Positions 1 to 12,928 of a DNA stretch of 64,000 bases are shown piece by piece. The DNA is from Conidiobolus incongruus B7586 (lineage: Eukaryota). The stretch spans positions 1 through 64,000 of the forward strand of contig JNEM01011211.1 in NCBI GenBank assembly GCA_000697335.1, read 5' to 3'. Position numbers and translations under genes: made by a program. The notes under the pieces are model-generated. The model saw nothing but the letters and a program-made list of their open reading frames with translations. It was not told the DNA's origin and did not search any database. Positions within the stretch are counted from its first letter, which is position 1. Every line of letters starts with the position of its first letter.

Positions 1-339
1 AAATATAAAAAAAAATTTTATAAAATTTTAAATATAATAATTTTTAAAAAATTACCAAATTAAATATATTTATTAAATTATAAGATATAAAATTAAAATT
101 ATTATAAATTATTAAAAGATATATTTTAATAAAAAAATTCCTATAAATTAATTTTTTTGAAAAAAAATATCATATTTTAAATGTTAAAAGCTTATTCAAA
201 TTTCAAAAAAGAGTTATTAATATTAAAAATAATGATTATTTGAAATTATATATGAATTTTTATAAATTTTATTTTAATATTTTTATTTAAATTTGATTTT
301 AAATTTTTGTAATTAATTGATTTTGATGGAGAATAATCC

Positions 340-758
340 TGTCAATTACTCAAGAAACTCCAATTAACGCAGGATTTGAGAAGTCACATTGGAGATATCA
401 CACCCCATGAACTAGTTGATCCTATTACTTTCCGCGTGTAAGTCATTCATGTCCACAAAAATCAACAATGGAACCTAATATAAGATTATCACAAGCAAAC
501 TAATAAACACATCTTCTATCTTCATTTTCAAAAGTATACCGTCTCTAAGTTTTTCTCGTAACCCTCACAAAAGTGTTGAGTCGTGACGAGCGTGAGATAT
601 TTACTTTATTCAAAGAACCCGATTTGTAACAAGTCATTTTCACCTACTTTGGTGAACCCCAATAATTTCCCTTAATTACGTGGTAATTTATCGTTTGCCA
701 CTGGCGATTCCCCGTTTAAGCTCGTAAAGCCCATTGTTGTCAGTGTTAACACCCGACA
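340..758. mobile_element. GC-richer island with TG...CA inverted termini; possible solo LTR or structured ncRNA
   Basis: Begins TGTCA (340) and ends CGACA (758). Internal TATA-like (~477) and AATAAA (502) motifs and several hairpins. Flanking 5-mers AATCC/ATTTC do not match, so there is no clean TSD. Confidence 0.25.
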
Positions 759-3700
759 ATTTCTATATTAATAATAATATAATAATAAATTCAATCTAAA
801 CCTCTTTAATTAAAGAATTTTAAATATTTAATATTTATTATATTTAGTATTTATTATTTAGTCTAATTGATATAATTGAAAATATATTGATTTATAATAT
901 ACGTATTAAATATAAAAGTTCAATGTAAAGTTTTTTTAATCGCTCTAATACAAAGGTATTTAGCTAAAAATATTTTTATAAACAATTGATATAAATATTA
1001 ATAACAAGTAAATTATAGTTATAATATATTTCTTTTCATAATAAAGTTGATACATATAATATTAAGTTTAGAAATAATAATACATTGATTGATTTATTAA
1101 AATAAATGAAATTTTAAGGATAAAAAGGGGTTTGTATAATAATAATGAAAAACATTAGTTTTTATCTTAATAAGTTAAAAATTAATTTTAATTAGTGTTA
1201 TAATAAATAAATAATTCAATATCATGCAAAATTATAATATCCACCAAATTCGAAACTTTGATTTATTATTTAAATAAGGAAGAAATAATTTCCTAAAATA
1301 GTTTTTAGAACTTTATTTTGTAAAATGTAAAATTTTGAATTAATAATTTTATGATCAACTATATTTTAATAAATTTAGTTATAATAACTTAATTTCAATT
1401 AATATGCTAATAATTTGAAATTTTGTGGAATCAGTACATGAATTTTCCATTGATGATAATCGCGATTACATTATATCATTTATTGTCATTAATTATTTTT
1501 ATCAAAGTTTATTAATAATATTAATCAACATATATATATATTAATAACTCTAATTATTACTTAAAATCTATTTTTTAACGTGAAAGCATTGAATTGATTT
1601 ATTTTATATTTAGGAAGCTTATAATAAATTGTTTAAAATGATTAATAATACTTTGAAATTAATTCTTAATATGTGAGATATCCTGAATGTTATAATAAAA
1701 ATGAGTGAAATTTACTTCATTGGTGAGGTAGAAAATAGGACGAACAAATGGACTTAGAAAATACCTGAGTTCAAGTTATTTCATATATGTGTTTATAACA
1801 ATTTATAAGTTGGTTTTGAGTTTAATAATATCAACATTACGTTAATAATAAAAACTTATTGATAATATTAATTTTTTTTGATAATTTTATATTTTTTATT
1901 ATAAAATGTATCTAAATATTAATAAATAAAACACCATTGTGAGCACATTATATAGTTTATCATTTATATCTTATATATCAAGTTGTTAGGAAGCTTACAT
2001 TGTTTAAAATGCATATCTTTATATAATTCAAAAGAAACTATTATATAAGTATAGTATTATATTTTAAAATGGGGAGTTATTTTGAATTATTTAAAAAATA
2101 AAAAGATTCTATATCAATGAATTCGACTAAATAGTTACATATAGTAGCAATCATAAATAATGATATATTATAATACAAGATCAAAATTTATGAAATATCA
2201 GAAAAATGAATTTTAAATAATGATTAAAAATAAGTGCGAATAATGACAATATATTTATTATATTGCTTATTATAAAACGTAAGCATTAAAATTATTATTT
2301 TTATTATTAAAATAATATCATTACACATATTTTAGAATTTTTTGAAACATTCTTTCAAATTATAATATGCTTTTTTTAATAAAAATGTATTCTTTTTTGA
2401 ATATTCATTAATTTTAACTTTAATAGATTTATAATTCTAATTTAATTATTAAATTTTATATCATTATAGACTTCTTACTTGTAGTAATTTTGATAATATA
2501 AAGATACTCAACGATAGAATAACTTATTCAATAATAAATTTCAAATAATAGAAAAATGAATTTAATATGATATAGTTGATAATTTTAAATCTATTCACAA
2601 TTTACAAAATAATGAGAATATAAATATTAAGTCAATAAATTAACAATTTATTTGATCATTAATAGAATACAGGTAATCGAAAGAAAAAATATAACTTTAT
2701 TGAATATTATGTAATAATTTGTATTAAGTGATTAACATAAATTCAGATAATACGTTAATATTTTAACGAAGTGTAATAAAGTAATATTTAAGGTTTGTAA
2801 TACAATGCCAATATAATTCTTTACATGGCTTTGAAATGGATTTTCCATAATAATAAAATTTTATACTTTGATATAAAAATTTAGAGGAATTGTTAAATTA
2901 AATTTATGTCATAAATCGTTTTGTGTGGTAGATTAAACTTGGATTAAATATGTGATGATTTAGGCATTTTTAATGAGGTTGTACAAATCAGTGTAGTGGA
3001 AGAGATTTAATCCTTTTAGTCTGGTGTTTATTTTGAAAGTTTCAATTAATTTTCTCTTTATGCTTGTTTTTATTTTTCGATTTCCAAATATATATTAGAC
3101 AAGCGATTATTCGCTCTATTTAGTAATATGTACTCACTATAAGCTCTAGGGACTTAAATCTTATACACAATATTGAATAATGTTTAACAATATTATTGTT
3201 ATTTTTGAGTACACAAATTTAGAGTCCGGTTGGGTAATATTATGATATTTCTTAGTCAGATAAAATGGCGATTTTTCAATTGATTGATTTGAATAGACAT
3301 TGAAAATAACACTACTAATGATGTTTTTTCCTTTCATTTAACCCTAAGGCACCTTCTTTTCAAAATATAGCTTATATAAACCAATTGAAAAACTACTCTG
3401 AAATTGTTGAATATTTAGCCAGAAATTCGAGTATATAACTGCCATAGCTGTAAATAAGCAGATTGTACATCAAAAAAACTCACAAATTTAATGCAATTTG
3501 CATGCAATTAAATTTCGAAATAATTTCGGAAATCAACTAAATGTATATTGATGCGATTTATTTCCATTTATAGCCAGTTTAATATGAATACATGACATCC
3601 CCGGCTAATTTTTAGCGATGTCTTTTACCTAAATTTAGTCTTCAATTGAATAAATTGTTTACATCATTTTTATAGCTAGACAAAGTTATAAAACCATAAT

Positions 3701-5598
3701 TGGAAGATTTATAGTTTTAGTATATAAATTATTCTTATTTATTAGAATTAAAAATTAAAAATTAAAAATTAAAAATTATTAATTATTAAACATTAATTAC
3801 TAATTATTCAATAATCATTGCTAATTAATCATTATTCATTATCCAAAACATGATTTTAAGATGAAAAAACATTTCTTATATTAAATGTTTAACAGAATTT
3901 TTACTTTAGGAAACACCTCGGCATTCCTGATTTTAAAATTATATTCCTTATTTCGGATAAAAAAAATCCATTGATGGTGATATTAATTTAGATTGAATGA
4001 TATTCAATCGAGATAAAAATTTTATCAGCTTTTTTATTTGTTCAAAATTATTCCTGTTTAATTTTTGATTTTTTTTAAAAATAATAATAATAATAATAAT
4101 AAAACCAAATCTTTTTAGAATAAGATTGATAATAATATAATAATAATGTGATTAGTCAAAAATTCAAGTAAATTCAGGATGAATCAAATTTTTTAAACTA
4201 TATTGGAGTGATTAATTAGTACATTTGAAAATAATGTGATTAATATTATATATAATAGATATAATAAATGTGATTCATTAGTAAATATTTATTGAGAAAA
4301 GTATCAATTGTATAACGTTCAATAAACGATGAATTACATAAATATAACATACTCTTAATTAGAAATAATTACAAAAGTGCTACAAAATGATATAAATATT
4401 AAAAGGCTTGATTAAATCAAGGTGAATTCAAATATCATGAATTGAACTATATTACTAGTCAAACTCTTGAATTAATTAAAACTCAACACTGTAGAAATAA
4501 AACACTGAACCATTTAAATGTGTATTATATTCAAATATAAATTATATTTCTAGTTAATATAATATTTTAAAGAATTCATATCCTAAAACTTAAAAATTTA
4601 AATTTTATTAAAAATTGTACAATTTTGTCAAATATTATTAAATATTAATATTAATTTTACTAAACCCTAAATATTATTAAGTGTAATTATTATAGATTTT
4701 ATATAGCTATTATTAAAATTCTAACTAATGATAACTATTCAATAATCTTTACTAGTATATTATTTTAAATATTTTAGCCATATTAAAATTAAATTTATAA
4801 ATTATAAATTAAAATAGTAAAAAAATATAATTCCATAATATTTATAAATTTAAAAAATTAATTAATTGTTTTTAATGAATAATATGATTAACAATGTGAA
4901 TAGAATCATTCTATTTAATCTATTATAGATGGTATGAGATTATGTATTCTAAAAGATATATATTTTTCGAATTAGAATAAAGGTAGTTCTTTAATAGTAG
5001 AATTTCCTCAATATTAATATTTAAGGGTTTTTGAACCACTTGAATCTTTATATTAATCAATATGAATTGAAACAATAATAATTCATGGAATGAATATTAA
5101 TTTTATTAATGCAAAAATATATTCTTCAATTATAATAAATTAGTTAATATAATCCAATATTATTTTGATATTAATTTTAATAATGTGATATATAAATAAA
5201 ATATTTTTTTATATAAAATTAAATTATAACATTTAATATTTTTAAAATATTATTTGAAAAAAAGAATACTGTCAAATAATTTTTAGTATTAAAGTGATAT
5301 ATGAATGTTTCAAATATCATGATATTTGAAATTACTTTTTTTAATTTAAAATATAAAATAATTATTGCATAATTAATTTTTTTAATGAAATCATAATATT
5401 TATTAATTTACTCCATTTAAATTTAATTGATTAATAAATTTTAAATTATTATTATAAAATAGATTTGTATTATTCCTTTATTATTCATTAATTTTGCCAA
5501 GTACCTGAAATTAATTTATATCAGAAATATTGAATTAGATTTACTTTTAATAATTTGAAGTTCAAATGACAGTCATTATTGGTGTAATACCAGTTGAA

Positions 5599-6420
5599 TT
5601 AATCAAATACACCGCTGCCTTTTAAATAAACGTGTTTGTACTCATCTGACAAATATAAGAATGCAGACGCCAATTGCGGGTCGCTTAGTAACTCAACGGA
5701 TCTTGCGAATTGATTAGATGTTAAATTCATTTTTTGTAAAACTTCCATTGCCTGTGCTACCACTGGTGTATGGCCGTTGTCTTGGTTCGAAATGTAGTCC
5801 AATTTAAGCTGATACCGTTTCTCTTCAGGATGATGGATGGGACTGGTGAGGTGGGAAGTAATGGGGGGAAAAGGTGGATTATTTTGCGAGGTGATGGATA
5901 TATTATCAGAGTAATGAATGGGAGGCAGTTTGATGTACATAGAAGGGAGTATATCCTCGGAAAAAGCTTGAGTAGGCTTGGGGTTTAATAACGAATTGTC
6001 ATCTGAAAAAGATCTCTGGTTACGTCTGAATTTTTGTGAGTGGTATCTGCCCTGATACATCAGTTTCATTGGATAGTACCATACAAAATCCTCCTTTTCA
6101 AATTCTTGGCATCCTGGATACATTTCAAGTAATTTATTCCACGCTTCTTTGTCATTCCTAATATCAATCCCTCTCATATAATAATCTTCAATCTTTTTAA
6201 AATGCTTAAATTTATTAGTTAATACTAGCATTCTGTTTCTTATCCTCTGTTTATTGAGCTTTTCTTTATCATGAAACTGAAGGTTGAAACGATTAACGAC
6301 ATCATCAATCTCTTCAGCTTTAGGTACAGCTGTCGTTCCTTTTAATGTACCATTAGCGTAACAAATTGAAATTTGCTCTAGTAAAAACTTCGTTTTAGCA
6401 TCATCCCATTTCATAGTCAT
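5599..6420 (-). CDS. Myb/SANT-like DNA-binding protein (PIF/Harbinger ORF1-type), intronless
   Basis: Likely ATG at 6420 (MTMKWDD...). N-terminal W-x6-FLL...FN-x2-F...IRNR...W...YP pattern and C-terminal AMEVLQ...VELLSD...AFL helix set are typical of Myb_DNA-bind_3-type proteins. Confidence 0.65.
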   Translation of the reverse strand: MTMKWDDAKTKFLLEQISICYANGTLKGTTAVPKAEEIDDVVNRFNLQFHDKEKLNKQRIRNRMLVLTNKFKHFKKIEDYYMRGIDIRNDKEAWNKLLEMYPGCQEFEKEDFVWYYPMKLMYQGRYHSQKFRRNQRSFSDDNSLLNPKPTQAFSEDILPSMYIKLPPIHYSDNISITSQNNPPFPPITSHLTSPIHHPEEKRYQLKLDYISNQDNGHTPVVAQAMEVLQKMNLTSNQFARSVELLSDPQLASAFLYLSDEYKHVYLKGSGVFD

Positions 6421-6830
6421 TTTGGATGAATATAAAAAATTAATTAAAACCACTATTAAATGATGAAACTATCATCAATTTATATAATTTCAATTCTCAC
6501 ATAAAAAAATTGATGGGATAATTTTTAATGATTAACTCTTAATTTTAATTTTTACAATTTATGCAGCATATAGTTTACCTTTTTAATCTATTAAGCATTT
6601 AAAAACCAGTTTAGCATTAAATTGATTCAACCAATATATCACTCATGAGTTTGATGCATAATTATTTTAAATATATATATACATATATAATTATTCATAT
6701 AGAATTTTCAAAATTTTCAATATATCCAATATTTTAAATTTATAATGCAAATTATTTAACAAAAAAAAGTTTTTTTTCTATTTAAAATAGCTTGCGGTTT
6801 ACTAGTTATTAAAACTATTTCCTTCGTATT

Positions 6831-6844
6831 TGACTCATGACTCA
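6831..6844. promoter_or_regulatory. Tandem TGACTCA-TGACTCA (AP-1/Gcn4-type bZIP sites)
   Basis: Two abutting perfect TGACTCA heptamers ~410 bp upstream of the Myb/SANT ATG. Confidence 0.35.
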
Positions 6845-7182
6845 TATATTAGAAATGTAAGAATATATCCGTAATCCAAGTTAACCATCATCTTAAGTCT
6901 GGTGATCATTATTAACTATCAAAGGTAAAATAATTAATAATAAATTTTCTAAAATTATAATGTATTTAGTCTTTAATGCAACAATAATGTTTGATATCTA
7001 TTAATTTAAATATAATTCATTAATTTTAGTTTATTCAAGAATTTAATTATCTTTTATTTTCATGTTAATTGATTTTGTAGAGTATTATTTATTACAATTA
7101 TATTTATAATGCTTGATATCATATGATAACTCGATTTTATATTAGTTGCAAAAATATTATTTTATAAATCTTTTATTCTAGA

Positions 7183-7186
7183 ATAT

Positions 7187-7218
<32 letters not shown>

Positions 7219-7241
7219 GTGTGTGTGTGTATGTGTATGTG
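7183..7241. repeat. Compound (TA)n(TG)n microsatellite
   Basis: Seen directly in sequence. Confidence 0.9.
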
Positions 7242-10200
7242 CGTTTAGTAAAAAATTACAGTTCAAATTTTAATTAGACAAAATTTTTGAAACATAATTA
7301 ACATTACAAGTTAAATTATTTTATATTAAAATACATTAAGATAATCAAATGTCATATTAATTTTAATTAATTTGGTAAAATAATATATAATTTTAAAACT
7401 TTTAAAGTAATATTTTATCAAATTTTATAATTTCTTTTGTTAATTTATGTAATTCAAATTATTACCATGATGAAATCCAGATTTTTTAAAGGATTGTCTT
7501 ATAATAATTATTATTAATTAAATTTTATCCAGAATGGTTATAACCTCATTTATATTGATAGATATTTCATAAAATTTACTAATAATAATGAATGGGGTAG
7601 ATGTATAGATTATTGATAATAGATATATGTATATTAATATAAAGATCAAATTTTGCAATTAAACATTTTGTAATTATTTTATGATAAATCAAGGATTATA
7701 TTCACAAAATGTATGATTAAATATATGAAAATATAGTTTTTTCAAAGAATCATATGATATTATTATAAAATGTGTTTGATATAAACATATTGGAATAATC
7801 TGAATTCCAATTTAGGATTAAAATAAAAAACAATTAATCCAATTCCAAAATTATACAATAGCAATATATGAGTTGCATTGTTGAAAAAACGGTGAATAGT
7901 AAAATCGTAGTGCCTTGTATATAAATACCATAAGAGTAAATTTACTAGGAATTAGACTCCTTATAAATATAATTTTCGGTTCTGTTTGATTTTATGCTGA
8001 GCATATCTGATTAAAATTTGGTGTTCTCTAATCAAAAATTACTAACCCTTTAACATGGTTTAAACTTTTAGTGGTAAATTCTATTTATTAACCAATATTT
8101 TCGGATAATCCTTATATTCTTTAAACGTTAATAAATTACTAAATGTTTTAATTCATTTGCATAAATTATTTTAAAAGTGGATTCTAGAGTTGATAATCCA
8201 AATACCTTTAGTATATTTGTTACACCTATTAATAATATTTTACTATTAGAAATTTCATTGGGAATATTTTAATTCAACATTATTGTTTACAAAAAGTATT
8301 TAAATGTATGGATATAGAAAAAATATCCTTTGAAAATAAAAATCATCTCAACTTTAGTGTTAATTCAACATTTGATTAAAACACAGTCACCACTTGAGGA
8401 ATGTGATATATCTTGTTGTGTCTCTAGTATTAAACCCCAGCTCCAGTAAATATGGTTATATATGTATTAGGAACTTATTCAATAAAAACTATGTTATTGT
8501 ATACAATTAAAATTAAAATGACTATAGACATCCTTGATAATTGGTTAAATTTTCTGAAGATTAAAATAGGAAAAATATTACAAATTAATAGAATTATTAC
8601 TCTGCATTTTTAATAATGGGAATTTTTTGCAATTAAAAATAAATAAACATTTGAATATATGATATATAAAAATAAATATATAATTTCCTATTAACTTTGT
8701 ATATATTTATTTATTTCAAACTAATAATATATTTGAAAAATTAGAAATTAAAAAATTTCCTATTATTTCAAATTCAAGGTAATAATATTAAATAAATAAT
8801 CAAAAAATTTCACCAACTTATCAAGTAATATGTGTATATCAATCTATTCATAAATTAAGAAATGGAATTACTATTTAATTAATAAATAAATAATTGAATT
8901 ACATAATTTCAATGAAAATGTTTTAGCTTTAAAATGTTTGTTAACCAAAGTTTTATCTATTTTAATCAAAACACTTGAATATACAATGAAACCAAAATTA
9001 AATATGATATTTGGTTTAAGTGAAATTTTTCAATTAATAATCCAATAAACTGAAATGCCTTAATATAAGTTCATTTCTGAATCAATATACATATATGCTA
9101 TGTGGAGTAACTTGATATATCATTGAAATAGATATTGATTTTATACATTATGTCAACTACCTCTAAGATCCGCCAATGAGGAGCTGAAGAATTCACCACG
9201 AAGTCATCACATTGATGTATAAGGATTCCCCAACTCATTAGTAGACACAAGCGCATTATCCAACGATTAATTCCTGTAGTTAACCAAGTTCCTCCCCAGC
9301 TAACCATTACACATAGCAGGACAAATGCTAATCTGAATACTGATGTCTGAGATGACTCTGCGAGGGGAACTTCTTTAAATGTTACAAGAGAGAAAATAGA
9401 ATGTAACAGTACTATAATGATAGTTAATTAATGCGAATAAAATATTATAACTCTGAAGAAACTATTTATTAATTATTAGATCTGTTAAAGGAATGACCAG
9501 AATAGCTCATCTAGCTATTCTGATGTGTTCTCTTATACTTGTTTTGGCCTTCTTTGTCCTTCTTTGTCTTCTTTGTCTTGTAGTGATTATTTCAAGGGAA
9601 GTGGAACTTTAAATGTTCCTACTATATCCTATTTTAGGTAATGTCACGTTGACTTGTGACACATTATTAGATATTGGTGAAAGTTGCCTACTAAATCGAA
9701 CTGCACTATAAAGCTTACATAATTCAATCACCATATAATAAAAACTGTTTTTCAGAAGTAACACCTAAATTTTCTTATAAAAAGAGTCTAGATTACTAAT
9801 TAATCTTCACTCTTTTTGAACATAATAAATTGTACAAAATTATCAGAATAATAATATGGGAAAAATATAACGTATTCAATAATACATCAGTAATGTGGTT
9901 TTTTATTTATTACTGAATATTAAATTAGAAATTTGCTATATTTAAAAATTGTATTTTTAATAATTCTAAACAATTAATAAACATAATAAATCACAAATAA
10001 GTTCAAATTTGAAATTATTTTTTTAATCTTAAAAGTCAAAATTAATGCCCTAAATTTTTTTAATAATTTCATTTTATACATTTGGAAAGCAATTAATTAA
10101 AATTATATTAAAATTTTAAGAATTTCTTTTTATATAATATTCAAAATGATATCATAATAATTATATAAACTTATTACTATGTTATCATAACAATATAAAG

Positions 10201-10844
10201 AGAATGATTGATTAGGATTTTAGTTCTCACCACAATATATTCATCCTTCAATAGAGTTAGTAACCTTTAATAATTTAAAATATTACAAAAAAATATGGAT
10301 GGTTACAAACGAATAGGAACTTCTATATTGAATGGCATAGATAAGGTTCACTATTCATTATGTATATACACATAAGTATTAAACATTATTCAAGTATATT
10401 ACATACTATCAGCATTTATTTATTAAAATTTGTTCTAGAAATATTGTATCGAGAGTTAGAAAGAAATATTATTCAATAATTATAATTTAAAATACCACAA
10501 TATAATAATTGGCTATCATTAACTCGTATTGTTTGTAACCATTTATTATTTGATTATTTTTAATTTAATTAGTAAAAATTAAAAATATTTGTAAATTGAG
10601 ATTAGATAAAATAAAGGGTTAAAATGTGATATTAATTTAAAAAAATTATCAAATAAAATACTAAAAAAGAAATTGTAACTTTGATCAATCTTTCCGAAAT
10701 TTCTTTTATTTCCTTAATATTATTATATTTATGAAACAACAGTAAAAAATAATTGAAAATGATATGAGTATTAGTCCATATTTTAACACGTGAATATAAT
10801 AACCATCATATCAACATCCAAATTTGTATGTTTTTATAAAAATT

Positions 10845-10879
<35 letters not shown>

Positions 10880-12928
10880 ATGCTTTTATGAATGATTTAT
10901 ATCACTTCAAGAGTTTAAATTAGATTAAAATCGTGGTTTACTAAGGATCAACGAACGAATTGTCTCATGGATGCCATGTGTCAATCAATAAATTTGATCC
11001 AAAAATTTCAATTTAGCTTATTCAAAATAATATATCATTCAAATTTATTTAAATTTGCCCAATTTTAACATATTAGAAAATAATGTTTTATTGATTGACA
11101 ATTTTAACCTATTATTTAAACTCAAAAAAATTAAAAATGATATATGAATTGAAACCAATATAAATAATGAAAAATTGAATTATTTATGATTTCTTTGTTA
11201 GTATTTGGAATTTAAAATTCAAAAAATTTAATATATTCATAATGTGATTTTGTCACTAATTCTAGAAAATGAGTTTTAAAATATATTCATGGAGCAGTTG
11301 TTTGGATCGTATATTAACATATATTATTGATATTGAATGCTTTTTGCAATTTTTAGATATAAGTCAATGGACTAATAATCTAATTTCCTTATCAATCAAA
11401 ATGTAAGTTTAACAAATTTAATCTCTTTTCAGTTAATTAATATTAATAGCATACATTCATAATGCTTCTAATATTAAAAATGATATCTTAATTATGTATT
11501 TAATACCTTTAAAAGCATAGCATAACAGTCAGAAAGCTAATATTTGTCTATTATACATATCATTTAACTGCATCATAAAAAATTCCAAATTTTCAATTAT
11601 TTAATTTACTCTCACAAAAAATATATCATTAATTAAAAAGTCCACAGTTAATCAATATTTAAAAATATGTAAAATTCATATCATGACAATGATAATAACC
11701 TATTAAATTGATTTTTGAAATTAAACTTTATTTTATTAAGAAATTAAACATTTTTTTTGTTGATTTATCCCTCAATCATACTTAAATCAACATTCAAAAA
11801 TTTATGAATTGCCACTTAATTTTGACTTAATTGGGTCATCATCAACAAATATATATGTTGTTTTTGGATATTGGAATGAGTGTAAAAATTATCTTTATTA
11901 CCATAGCCAAGATATCTAATTTATCAACTATTTGAAAATACCTTGTAATCTTTTCGAAAACCGCTCAACTTTAGATGATAAACTATATGATAAAATCTTT
12001 TTGACTTTACACTTTGATAAAAAATGATTCAAATTCTGAAAAAGATGAAATCATTACTAGCACCAATATATGTAGAAAATATGACTTGATTCATTTTTAA
12101 AACATATAGTATAGTAAACAAATTACTTGATTTGATAATCATCAACCTCCCCTCCCCCTAACTTCTAATTAAATAAATTCTCTTTATTTTATAGATATTA
12201 GTGATATAAAAATTTCATAAAAATTGTCCAAATATTACTAAATTTAGTAAAAATATGTAAAAAAATGTTTGAAGATATAACTTCAATTTTTATCCTATTT
12301 AATGAAAAATCGATATCAAAAGGAAAATTGTTAATAAAATCTTAAATTAAAAAAGGTTAAAGAGGGATATCAATATAAAAAATTTAATTGCTAAATACCT
12401 TTGGATCCAGTTTGATTTTTTTTTGATTTAAAATAGAATATGATAGACTGTTCCCCCTACTTATTGAACTTATAAGCTTAGAATGGAATAAATTCAAAGT
12501 TAATAAACAGGTTAAAAATGAACTAAAGATGGAGTGGAGAGCTTCAAGACGATAAGTTTAGTTTCAATCTAAGAAAAGAATTGACCAATTAGCCAAGATG
12601 AGTGAGATGATTTGAAGAAAATGTGAGAGATTGAAACCGAGATTTAATAGCCCAATTCTAGGATTTGCTACACTCATTAATTAGTTTTTCCCTATCCCTA
12701 TTTATTTTGATCAATCTGTTTTTACCACTTCCCCTGAAACTGTTTAGAGATATATTAAGCAGTAATTCCTCGACTTCTTTCCTTTATCATCATTATTTCT
12801 TTCTCTGTCACTGGCCCAATCGATTATATCAGTGATATATTACTATTTTTTTTATTTATTTTATCTATCGTAGTCTCATTTCATTGATACAACCTATTCA
12901 ATATCATTTGAACTAGTTCTGTAAAAAT

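Noticed and set aside
5028..5040. TTTTTGAACCACT, matching the TIR of mariner relic 2
   Set aside because: No partner TIR or transposase remnant recognised nearby; a 12-bp match could be chance
11760..12030. Plus-strand frame open for ~85 codons with one stop
   Set aside because: No start, splice sites or recognisable family; possibly an old gene remnant but unsupported
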